In this document: in pieces, positions 45,519 through 54,953 of the stretch
Layout: each line of letters begins with the position of its first letter
Position numbering within the stretch: position 1 is the first letter of the stretch
NCBI GenBank assembly: GCA_038143065.1
Contig: JAYQLI010000035.1
Span: forward strand, 128,001-192,000
Source: Rhodospirillales bacterium
GTDB lineage: Bacteria; Pseudomonadota; Alphaproteobacteria; Bin95
Length of the DNA stretch: 64,000 bases
Direction of reading: 5' to 3'
Notes under the pieces: model-generated
The model's database searches: none
The model's input: only the letters and a program-made list of their open reading frames with translations
Told to the model about the DNA's origin: nothing
Made by a program: the position numbers and the translations under genes

Positions 45519-48302
45519 GTGACTAACACCGGAGCTTCGAGTAATAGCGACACTCCGCGTCACGTTTATCTCATTGACGGGTCGGGCTTTATTTTTAGAG
45601 CATTCCACGCTCTACCGCCGATGAATCGCCAGGATGGCACGCCTGTGAATGCCGTGTTTGGCTTTTGCAATATGCTCATGAAGATGATTGATACCGCTGA
45701 TGCTGATTGTATAGCGGTAATCTTTGACACTGCTCGAACAACATTTAGGAATGAAATATATGCCGATTATAAAGCTAATCGGGATGCTCCTCCTGAAGAA
45801 CTCGTTCCCCAGTTTGAAATTGTTCGAGAAGCCACCCGAGCGTATGGACTGCCAGCTCTAGAGCTTCCTGGTTACGAAGCTGATGATTTAATTGCCACCT
45901 ATGCTCGGATGGGGCGAGAGGTAGGCGCTAAAGTTACCATCGTTTCTTCCGATAAAGACCTCATGCAGTTGGTTGACGATCAAGTGCAGATGCTTGACCC
46001 AATGAAAATGACCATGATTGGAAGTGCTGAAGTTATTGAAAAATTCGGCGTTAGTCCAAACAAGGTTGTGGAAGTTCAGTCGTTGGCTGGTGACAGTACG
46101 GATAATGTCCCTGGGGTGCCTGGTATTGGCATAAAGACAGCTGCTTTACTCATCAATGAGTTTGGTGATTTAGAAACTTTGTTGGAGCGTGCTGGTGAAA
46201 TCAAGCAGCCTAAGCGTCGGCAGAATTTAATCGACTTCGCTGAACAGGCCAGAATTTCTCGGAAACTAGTGACGCTAGATGACCATTCTCCTGTTGAAGC
46301 AAGTCTTGCCGATATGGCTAAGCGAGAGCCCGAGCCTCAAGTGCTCTTAGATTTCTTAAAAAGTCAGGGTTTCAATTCAATATTTTCCAAGGTCGAGGCT
46401 TTTCTTGCAGGTGAAGGAAAGATTGAACTCGCTGAGTCCAAAGACCCTGAACCAGTTGAAAATAATTATGAACTTATTCAAACAGAGGCAGCGCTCGATG
46501 AATGGATTGCTGCAGCCCGCGCACAGCATCTGATTGCCGTCGATACAGAGACAACTTCCCTCGATGCACAACAGGCCAGTCTTGTCGGCGTTAGTCTAGC
46601 ATTGTCTCCTGGAAGAGCCTGTTACATCCCACTTGGACACCGTGGTCCCTTGCCTGAGGGTGAGCTTAATCTGGGAGGTGAGCTCTCTGAACTTCCTGAT
46701 CAAATACCCCTGTCCATTGCAATGCCTAAGCTGAGGGAACTCTTCGAAGACCCTTCCGTGCTGAAGGTTGGCCAAAATTTAAAATATGACATGGGTATTC
46801 TCGCTAAGCATGGCATTAATCTAAGTCCAATAGATGATGTTATGCTGCTTTCCTTTGTCTTAGATGCCGGGTTACATGGCCATGGCATGGATGAGTTGGC
46901 CCGTTTTCACCTCGATTATGAAACAATTAAATTCACGGACGTGGCCGGTAAAGGGAAGGATCAGGTTAGCTTTGACCAAGTTCCTTTAGACAAGGCACTG
47001 TCCTATGCTGCCGAAGATGCGGATGTGACCTTGAGGCTTTATCAGCTGCTTAAGCCCCGTATTATAAAAGACAGGTTGGCTTTTGTTTATGGGGGGATTG
47101 AGCGTCCATTAGCGCCAGTTTTAGCCTCAATGGAAGCGGCGGGTGTTCTCGTTGACAAAGCGCGGCTTGAACAACTTTCATCCGATTTTGGGTTGCGTCT
47201 TATTTCTCTTGAAGCTCAAATTCATAAGCTGGCCGGTCGGGAATTTAATGTTGGGAGTCCTAAGCAATTAGGAGAGATACTCTTTGATGAAATGGGGCTA
47301 AAGGGCGGTAAGAAGGGTAAAACCGGAGCCTGGTCAACAGACTCAAATGTTTTAGAAAGTCTAGCTGCGGAAGGCCATGAGTTGCCAACGCAGGTGTTGG
47401 ATTGGCGGCAAATTCAAAAGCTTAAATCAACTTATGCTGATGCATTACAAACGTATATCAATCCAACTACTGGGCGCATTCACACCTCGTTTGCTATGAC
47501 AGGTGCGGCCACTGGGCGGCTTTCGTCTAGTGACCCAAACCTACAAAACATTCCTATTCGGACCGAGGAAGGCAGAAAACTTCGAAGTGCGTTTGTTGCC
47601 TCAAAAGGTTCAATGCTTATATCGGCTGACTACTCCCAAATTGAATTGCGGCTTTTGGCCCACGTAGCTGATATTTTGGAACTTAAGAATGCCTTTTCTG
47701 AAGGTGTGGATATTCATGCTTCTACAGCTGCCCTTGTGTTTGGCGGTGAGCCGGAGTCAATCGATCCAGATCTTAGGAGAAAGGCAAAGGCAATCAATTT
47801 TGGAATTATTTATGGAATCAGTGCGTTTGGTTTAGCTCGCCAACTTGGTGTGCCGCAGGGAGATGCAAGAGATTTTATAGAAGCTTACTTCGACCGATAC
47901 CCTGGGGTTAAGGCCTACATGGATCGGGCTAAGTCTTTCGCTCATGAGCATGGTTTCGTAACAACCTGCTTTGGTCGGCGGATATGGACTCCAGGTATTG
48001 CTGACAAGAACCCAGCAAGAAGAGGATTTCAGGAGAGAGCAGCTATAAATGCTCCGCTTCAGGGGGCGGCTGCGGACATTATCAAAATCGCTATGGCCAA
48101 GATGCAGGATGCGCTGGATCGTGCTGGTTTAGCAGCGAAAATGATCCTGCAGGTACATGACGAATTATTATTTGAAGCCCCTGATAGTGAGGTAGATCAA
48201 ACTGCCAGGGTTGTGCGTGAGGTCATGCAGTCTGCGGTTAGTCTCTCTGTTCCATTACTCGTTGAGACAGGTGTTGCCAAAACCTGGGCTGAAGCTCATT
48301 AA
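45519..48302 (+). CDS. polA: DNA polymerase I
   Basis: 5'-3' exo LIDGS..FRAF, ExoI VDTET, ExoIII YAAEDA, motif A DYSQIELR, motif B KAINFGIIYG, motif C QVHDEL. Confidence 0.98.
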   Translation: MTNTGASSNSDTPRHVYLIDGSGFIFRAFHALPPMNRQDGTPVNAVFGFCNMLMKMIDTADADCIAVIFDTARTTFRNEIYADYKANRDAPPEELVPQFEIVREATRAYGLPALELPGYEADDLIATYARMGREVGAKVTIVSSDKDLMQLVDDQVQMLDPMKMTMIGSAEVIEKFGVSPNKVVEVQSLAGDSTDNVPGVPGIGIKTAALLINEFGDLETLLERAGEIKQPKRRQNLIDFAEQARISRKLVTLDDHSPVEASLADMAKREPEPQVLLDFLKSQGFNSIFSKVEAFLAGEGKIELAESKDPEPVENNYELIQTEAALDEWIAAARAQHLIAVDTETTSLDAQQASLVGVSLALSPGRACYIPLGHRGPLPEGELNLGGELSELPDQIPLSIAMPKLRELFEDPSVLKVGQNLKYDMGILAKHGINLSPIDDVMLLSFVLDAGLHGHGMDELARFHLDYETIKFTDVAGKGKDQVSFDQVPLDKALSYAAEDADVTLRLYQLLKPRIIKDRLAFVYGGIERPLAPVLASMEAAGVLVDKARLEQLSSDFGLRLISLEAQIHKLAGREFNVGSPKQLGEILFDEMGLKGGKKGKTGAWSTDSNVLESLAAEGHELPTQVLDWRQIQKLKSTYADALQTYINPTTGRIHTSFAMTGAATGRLSSSDPNLQNIPIRTEEGRKLRSAFVASKGSMLISADYSQIELRLLAHVADILELKNAFSEGVDIHASTAALVFGGEPESIDPDLRRKAKAINFGIIYGISAFGLARQLGVPQGDARDFIEAYFDRYPGVKAYMDRAKSFAHEHGFVTTCFGRRIWTPGIADKNPARRGFQERAAINAPLQGAAADIIKIAMAKMQDALDRAGLAAKMILQVHDELLFEAPDSEVDQTARVVREVMQSAVSLSVPLLVETGVAKTWAEAH

Positions 48303-48570
48303 CAAGCGCTTTGTAGAAAATTTTTTTTCTCTATAATATATATTAAATAAGTAATATTCAAATATGCAAGACTATATTATTATGTATGCAGTATAATAAA
48401 TAATGAAAAATACTTTTAATAGGTATCAAAATTTTTATATTTATAAATAAAAAATATAAATTAAATTTATAAATAGATTGTTGCGTCATGCACTAAAAAA
48501 TGTCAGCTTTTGATTAATTGTCAACGGCGCAATTTTCCAAATTTGCGTTTATCTTTGGAGATAGGTCATT

Positions 48571-49049
48571 ATGGCCTCTGACAGCACCAAAACCCCTTGG
48601 GTTAAGACTAACCGTGGCGTTGCCACGTGCATGACGATATTTTTTCTAGTCCTCCTTGGATATCTCTTCTCGCAGGATTGGGTCTATCAAACTCAGCGGG
48701 ACGGATTTCGTCTTGGTTTTTTCACGGTGGTGGCAGCGCTAGCGATGCTTATCTGTAGCGTCGTTATGATATTTGACCGTTTTAAAGATGATACAACCCC
48801 CGAAATACTAGGGTTAAGGGCTAGGCATTGGCTCAGAGTATTGCTTGTTCTAGCTATATGTTACGCTTATTTTTACTTAGCGTGGAACATAGATTTTCTG
48901 ATCATTTCGCCAGTCTTTTTGGCATTTTCCACTTATATGCTGGGTGTCCGGCCAGTTTCATCCGCGATCGTCTCAGGTGTTATTGTAGGTTGTGTGATTT
49001 TTTTCTTTTCAAATTGATTGGCATTGAATTGCCGAGCATGTTTTTCTAG
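48571..49049 (+). CDS. tctB: TctB-like small membrane subunit (indel in T run near 49000)
   Basis: 4-5 TM helices, C-terminal FKLIGIELP in alternate frame, upstream of tctA. Confidence 0.7.
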
Positions 49050-49067
49050 AGGCCGGAGTTAAGCAAA

Positions 49068-50642
49068 ATGATAGATTTTGATGCACTCCAACAGGCCATA
49101 ACTATGGTCTTCACATTCAACACGATGCTTTGGTTAGCGATTGGCGTAACGATTGGTGTTGGTGTTGGCGCGATGCCAGGCCTTACAGCAACGACAGGTG
49201 TTGCCCTGATGCTTCCCCTTACTTTTACTATGGACCAAGCTGCCGCTTTAGGACTGCTAATTGGCCTTTATAAAGGGGCAATTTACGGAGGATCAATTTC
49301 AGCAATAAGCTTTGCCACGCCTGGCACATCAGAAGCCGCCGCAACCGTGTTTGATGGCCATAAGCTAATGCGCCGCGGAAAGGGAAAAAAGGCATTATTA
49401 ACTGCACTTTACGCTTCTGTAACAGCAGATTTTCTATCAGATTTAATTACCATATTGATCGCGCCGATGTTGGCATTAGTTGCTTTGCAATTTGGACCCT
49501 CTGAACGTTTTTGGCTGATGGTACTGGCCGTTTGCTTGTTAGGTGCGCTCTCAGGAGCACATTTTGCAAAAGGAATGCTTTCAGCTGCTCTTGGGCTCTT
49601 TATTGGAACTGTAGGCGCAGATCCTGTCTCTTCAATTCCGCGCAATACATTTGATCTTTGGTGGCTGGCTGATGGAGTGCACTTAATTCCCTTGGTTGTT
49701 GGTATCTTCGCAATGGGTGCTATGCTTGAAAAAGTCATTGAGATTTCAAGTGTTAAACAAAAAGCCCAACGACTAGGCGGTACGTTGAAAGGCTTATTCT
49801 CCATGGGCGGGGAAGGTCTTACCTTCCGCGAATACCTCTCTTGCTGGAAAGAAATGTCGATTGGACTTGGAGTTGGATCCTTTGTTGGAATGCTCCCAGG
49901 ATTAGGTTCAACAGTAGGGGCTTTCTTGTCCTATGGAATTGCAAAGCAGGTATCGCCGCACAAAAAAATAGGTACAGGAAAGATCGAGGGTGTGGCTGCA
50001 GCAGAGGCGGGTAATAATGCAACTGTGGGCCCAACTCTTGTTCCGCTGCTAGCCTTTGGTATTCCGGGCAGTGCAGTTGCAGCACTGCTTGGAGCAGCGC
50101 TCATGCTGCAAGGTGCTACCCCTGGCCCACGTATGTTTGAGCTTTATCCAGCACTCATTTACTCCCTATTTTTGGTCTTGTTGCTGGGTAATATTTTCAA
50201 TCTAGGCATTGGACGGATTTTTGCATTTGTCTACGCTAAGCTGGGAGAATTGCCGGCGCCACTTTTGGTGCCGATTGTGATGCTAATGGCGGTCATAGGA
50301 GCCTATTCCTATGAAAATAATCCTTATGATGTGCTGATCATGTTGTTCTTCGGTGTGGTTGGACTTTTTATGCGAACCTTCCGCATTCCAGAAGCTCCTT
50401 TGATCATTACATTCTTGCTAGCGCCCCAGGCAGAAGAAAATCTTCGACGCGGACTCCTCATAAACGAGGGTGACTGGTTTGCTACACTGATGAATAGCCC
50501 ACTCGCCATTGGGTTGGCTATTGGAGTTGTATTATTGACGTACATTTCGTCTCGGATCCGAATTTCCGAGCGAATGATGGAGATGTCGGAGGAACAAATG
50601 GCAGAGGATGAAAAAGCTCCTCCCAATCGTTCCAATGGCTAA
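49068..50642 (+). CDS. tctA: Tripartite tricarboxylate transporter large permease
   Basis: VGAMPGL, YGGSISAI..TPG, GVAAAEAGNNA, LAFGIPG. Confidence 0.92.
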   Translation: MIDFDALQQAITMVFTFNTMLWLAIGVTIGVGVGAMPGLTATTGVALMLPLTFTMDQAAALGLLIGLYKGAIYGGSISAISFATPGTSEAAATVFDGHKLMRRGKGKKALLTALYASVTADFLSDLITILIAPMLALVALQFGPSERFWLMVLAVCLLGALSGAHFAKGMLSAALGLFIGTVGADPVSSIPRNTFDLWWLADGVHLIPLVVGIFAMGAMLEKVIEISSVKQKAQRLGGTLKGLFSMGGEGLTFREYLSCWKEMSIGLGVGSFVGMLPGLGSTVGAFLSYGIAKQVSPHKKIGTGKIEGVAAAEAGNNATVGPTLVPLLAFGIPGSAVAALLGAALMLQGATPGPRMFELYPALIYSLFLVLLLGNIFNLGIGRIFAFVYAKLGELPAPLLVPIVMLMAVIGAYSYENNPYDVLIMLFFGVVGLFMRTFRIPEAPLIITFLLAPQAEENLRRGLLINEGDWFATLMNSPLAIGLAIGVVLLTYISSRIRISERMMEMSEEQMAEDEKAPPNRSNG

Positions 50643-50693
50643 CTGAGGGCATAAATGTCACGACCCTCACTAGAACATGGAGGAAGGAAGTTT

Positions 50694-51662
50694 ATGAAAT
50701 TTTTTACGAAATCAGCTCTGGCTCTGGCCGGTGCTACTGCATTGGCAATGGCTGCTCCAAGCCTGTCATTTGCTGATAGTTATCCATCAGCAACAATCAA
50801 AACAATTGTGCCGTTTGGTGCCGGTGGTGGAACCGATCGATGGGCTCGGGTAATGTCATCCGGCGCATTTGATGTATTTGGCCATGGTATGCACGGCCAA
50901 AATAGAGGTGGTGCAGGTGGAACCATTGGCTGGAAGTATATGATGGATGGAAAGGCCGACGGCCATTCGATCCTGTTAGCCAGTCCCACACCAGTTATGG
51001 CTGCATTAATGGAGAAAAAGCCTCCGTATGATCCTACTAACATTAAGGTGCCGGCTTATTATTCAGTGATGAAGCCCACACTTGTTGGACCAAAAAATAA
51101 GCCGTACAGCACTTGGGAAGGACTGGTTGCATATCTTAAAGACAGTAATAACAAAAAACTGAGCATCGGTGGCACCATGACCCAGTTACTTGGGCCAGCT
51201 AGTCTTTTAGCGCAATTGGGGCTCGAAAAACGTGTGATTTTGGTCCCCTACAGTGGTACAGGGAAAGCCGTTAACGACTACCTCGGTGGTCATATCTCTC
51301 TTGTTAATGTAACGACCTCAACTGCAAAGGGCCTTGCAAAGGACCACGCGGTAATTGTTAATTCTACTGATTTGGATTATCCCAAAGCAGCTCAGAAAGC
51401 CCTTGCCGGTGTTCCAAACGCTAAATCATTGGGCCTAAAGCCTTTCAATCCTCCTCGTTTTGTGGCGATGCACCCGGATACACCGGATGATCAGGTTAAA
51501 ATGATGGGTGAAAAAATCGGAGAGCTGCTGAAAAATAAATCAGTAGCTAAGCTGGTTGGAAAGTTAGGTGAAGATGTCGTTTATGTAGGACCTGATAAGG
51601 CGCAAGCTCAGTATCAACAGGTGCTAGACGAGGCTAAAAAGTACCTCCCACTTTTCCAGTAA
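50694..51662 (+). CDS. tctC: Tripartite tricarboxylate transporter substrate-binding protein (Bug/TctC)
   Basis: Signal peptide, YPS..IVPFGAGGGTD, NRGGAGG, ADGHSIL, VPYSG. Confidence 0.88.
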   Translation: MKFFTKSALALAGATALAMAAPSLSFADSYPSATIKTIVPFGAGGGTDRWARVMSSGAFDVFGHGMHGQNRGGAGGTIGWKYMMDGKADGHSILLASPTPVMAALMEKKPPYDPTNIKVPAYYSVMKPTLVGPKNKPYSTWEGLVAYLKDSNNKKLSIGGTMTQLLGPASLLAQLGLEKRVILVPYSGTGKAVNDYLGGHISLVNVTTSTAKGLAKDHAVIVNSTDLDYPKAAQKALAGVPNAKSLGLKPFNPPRFVAMHPDTPDDQVKMMGEKIGELLKNKSVAKLVGKLGEDVVYVGPDKAQAQYQQVLDEAKKYLPLFQ

Positions 51663-51686
51663 AAATCATTATCATATGATGTCTAG

Positions 51687-51716
51687 AGTCCGGGTCGTCA
51701 GGCCCGGACTTTTTTT
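51687..51716 (+). terminator. Rho-independent terminator after tctC
   Basis: AGTCCGGGTC-GTCA-GGCCCGGACT followed by T run. Confidence 0.85.
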
Positions 51717-51824
51717 ATTCAGTATCTATAAAATCAAGCTTCCGGTTCAGGTACTTTAGGGGGCTGACCAAAAATTGAAGTTGCCTTAGGATTGGATCAT
51801 CAGAACACAAGGACCAGCGCACCG

Positions 51825-52990
51825 ATGGATTTCGAACTCAGCGAAGAGCAAAAAATGATAGTCGACATGTGTCGGCGATTTATCAGGGAAGAAATTTTAC
51901 CACTAGAAGATAAACTTGACCCTGATGCTGATGAGTTGGAACCAGAGGATTTTACTCGCCTCAGTCAGATAACAAAGGATATGGGCCTCTTTGGCCTTGA
52001 TACTCCACCTGAATTTGGTGGCCCTGACATCAACTTGTTAACCAGGACGCTGATTGCTTTTGAAATTTCGCAACATCGGGCTGGCCTCTATGCTCCAAGT
52101 TACAATGTTTTTGGTGGCGCTAGCCAAGCTCAGCTTTTTGAGGCGACAGACGCACAAAAAGAAAAATATTTGTACCCGATGCTTCGTGGTGAGAAGAAAG
52201 TCTTCTTTGGTCTTTCTGAACCCTCCGGTGGCTCGGATCCTGCACGTGCGATCCAGACTAGGGCGGGGCGTGATGGAGATGACTGGATTATCAATGGTCA
52301 AAAGTTATGGATTAGCGGGGCTGACAAAGCTGACTATGGCCTAGTTTTTGCCAGGACTGATCCAAGTAAAGGCCGTGGGGTGTAACGTGTTTTATTGTCG
52401 ATGCGGATACACCCGGTTTCCACGTGCGCCGCATCGTGCACACCCTTCGTTCCTCTCGCTATGCAACTGAGCTGCAGTTCGAAGATATGCGGGTCCCGCA
52501 TGAAAATATTTTAGGCGAAGAGGGGGGTGGTTTTGCTATTGCCAATGACCGCTTATCCCGTCAGCGCATACCATATGCGGCTGCTTGTGTATCTGTTGCG
52601 ATTGCTGCCCACGAACGTGCGATTGAATATGCGAAAATTCGAGAAACCTTTGGTGCAACATTAGCTTCGCGACAGGGCATCCAGTGGATGTTGGTCGAGA
52701 ATGAGATTGATATCCGTCAGGCCCGATTAATGTGTCTTGAGGCAGCTGCTAAGGCCGACGCCGGAGTGCCATTTCGAACTGAGGCGGCAATTGCGAAGTA
52801 TGTAGCAGCAGAGAGTTCCTTCCGTGTTGTTGATCGGTCTATGCAAATTCATGGTGGTCTTGGCGTTGCAAAAGACCTCCCATTTGAACGCTGGTTCCGG
52901 GAAATGCGAATTAGACGCATTGGTGAAGGACCTAGTGAAGTTCAAAAACACGTAATTGCTCGTGACATACTAGGGGCTGGTCTCCGATGA
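51825..52990 (+). CDS. Acyl-CoA dehydrogenase (indel in G run near 52377)
   Basis: MDFELSEEQ, LSEPSGGSD, NGQKLWIS, QIHGGLG, RIGEGPSEVQ. Confidence 0.88.
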
Positions 52991-54204
52991 TTGATGCGCC
53001 GTTCGATGATGAGGGAACCTGGCCACTCAAAGGAGTGAAAGTGCTTGATATGGGCCAGGTTTATAACGGGCCTTATGCAGGAATGCTGATGGCACAAGCA
53101 GGAGCCGATGTTGTAAAGGTTGAGCCATTAGAAGGAGAGGCGCTTAGGTCTCGCGGTGGCGGTAAAACACCGTTGGCTCATGTGATGCTTAATGCTGGGA
53201 AGCGAGGCGTGGCTATCAATTTAAAGTCTGATAAAGGACGCGCGGTATTCCTAGATCTCGTTAAAAAATCTGATGTGCTTTTAGAAAATTTTGCACCAGG
53301 TGCCATGGAGCGTTTAGGACTGGGATCCACAACCCTGCTCCAGCACAACCCGCGCCTAATTTATGGCTCTTCAACCGGGTACGGAGCCTGGGGGCCAGAC
53401 ATGAATAACTTAGCCATGGATCTTACCATCCAGGCATACTCGGGAATTATGAGTATAAATGGCCCCTGTGACGGTCCCCCACTTAAGGCAGGGCTTGCAG
53501 TTGTTGATTTTCTCGGTGGGGTACATCTTTACAGTGCCTTGGTAACAGCACTTTATGAGCGCTCCATTTCTGGAAAGGGACGAGTTGTAGAGGTTGCAAT
53601 GCAGGAAACTGCACTTACAGCGCTAGCCACTTCTTTTACAGCTATGCAAATGGCTGGAGGGTCTCAACCGCCTCGGCGTGGCAATAATCATCCCGCAGGA
53701 ACTGGGGCGCCATATAATGTGTACCCCTGTGCCGATGGTCATGTCGCTATTATTGTAGTGCGTGACAGTCATTGGCAATCTCTCGTTAAAGCAGCTGGTC
53801 TTCCCGAACTTGCGGATGATCCACGTTTCCAGCTTGGGCCAGATAGAGCGCAACGCGAAGCAGAGGTGGATTCTATTATTGGATCATGGACATCGAAATT
53901 ATCGAAATACGAAGTTGCTCGTATATGTAAAGAGCAGCGAGTGCCTGCAGCACCCGTACGTGAAATGCCAGAGGTTGTTAAGGATGGGCCTTTGCATGAG
54001 CGTGGAGCTCTTTTTGATATTACTGACGATGAATTAGGAGATGCTACGGTTCCTGGTTCACCACTTCGTTTTCACGGTTCGCCTCGTCCTACATGGCGTC
54101 CTAATCCAAAAATTGGTGAGCATACCGAGGAAATACTTAGCGATTGGTTGGGCCTATCACGTGATGAGGCAATGGCCCTGAAAGCTTCGGGTTCCATAGC
54201 TTAA
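52987..54204 (+). CDS. Class III CoA-transferase (CaiB/BaiF)
   Basis: PLKGVKVLD, GADVVKVE, ENFAPG, DFLGG. Confidence 0.92.
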   Translation: MIDAPFDDEGTWPLKGVKVLDMGQVYNGPYAGMLMAQAGADVVKVEPLEGEALRSRGGGKTPLAHVMLNAGKRGVAINLKSDKGRAVFLDLVKKSDVLLENFAPGAMERLGLGSTTLLQHNPRLIYGSSTGYGAWGPDMNNLAMDLTIQAYSGIMSINGPCDGPPLKAGLAVVDFLGGVHLYSALVTALYERSISGKGRVVEVAMQETALTALATSFTAMQMAGGSQPPRRGNNHPAGTGAPYNVYPCADGHVAIIVVRDSHWQSLVKAAGLPELADDPRFQLGPDRAQREAEVDSIIGSWTSKLSKYEVARICKEQRVPAAPVREMPEVVKDGPLHERGALFDITDDELGDATVPGSPLRFHGSPRPTWRPNPKIGEHTEEILSDWLGLSRDEAMALKASGSIA

Positions 54205-54246
54205 TTAGAAAAATTTTGACTGGGATGGCCAGGTTTCGAATACCGC

Positions 54247-54870
54247 TTAGCGTTCCATAAATGAAATTAGGCGATAAAATCCAACATTTAGATCTTTTTC
54301 AGAGCTTAGACCTGCAAAAATTGATGGGCGTAAATGACTAGCTGCAATTTGGCGTAGGGTTTCCTCATCAAGTGCCTCAATAACCATAATATGTTGTCCG
54401 GTGACACTCGCGTCTCCAGTTGCCTCGGCGTCAGCACGCCAGAGATAACCAGTTACTGCAAGAGGAACATCTATCGAAGTATTTAAAATTTCTGTCAGCA
54501 AAGTGGTCAATTTTTCTCCACCTTTTGCGCGCAGTACCAGGGCATTGGCTCCGTGCCCTCTGCCAACTCGACAGATTAACGGGCCGCAAAATCGCCCAAA
54601 GTCGCGAAATTGTGCCATTACCTTTTTTGACCAATTACTCTGGTCTGCCAAAATCGCTTTGTAGGTTGGCGTTGTGAGAGAATCTATGTTCTCGGTTTCG
54701 TAGTACGCAAAGTATTTCGGGGATGCATCAACTGCCATAAAACGAAATGCAGATTTAAACCCTGGCAAATCTACGCGTTCTGCCACGTGTTCATTCGTAT
54801 ACCAATCATTGAACTCAGCTTCTATTTCAACTGGAATATTCATTTGTGTTATCAGAACAGCGTTAGTCAT
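54247..54870 (-). CDS. EthD/DUF4286-like hypothetical protein
   Basis: EFNDWY..EH..ER..LPGF..RF...PKYFAYYE pattern. Confidence 0.65.
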   Translation of the reverse strand: MTNAVLITQMNIPVEIEAEFNDWYTNEHVAERVDLPGFKSAFRFMAVDASPKYFAYYETENIDSLTTPTYKAILADQSNWSKKVMAQFRDFGRFCGPLICRVGRGHGANALVLRAKGGEKLTTLLTEILNTSIDVPLAVTGYLWRADAEATGDASVTGQHIMVIEALDEETLRQIAASHLRPSIFAGLSSEKDLNVGFYRLISFMER

Positions 54871-54953
54871 ATTTGATTTCCCCAGTTTAAATATCCATAT
54901 GCCCAGGATTGTTGTGCTATCACACTATAGTTCATGATGAAGGATTGGCACTA

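Noticed and set aside
48303-48570. Replication origin or dif site
   Set aside because: No TTATCCACA-type DnaA boxes, no hemE/parAB/dnaA context, no good XerC/XerD arm match
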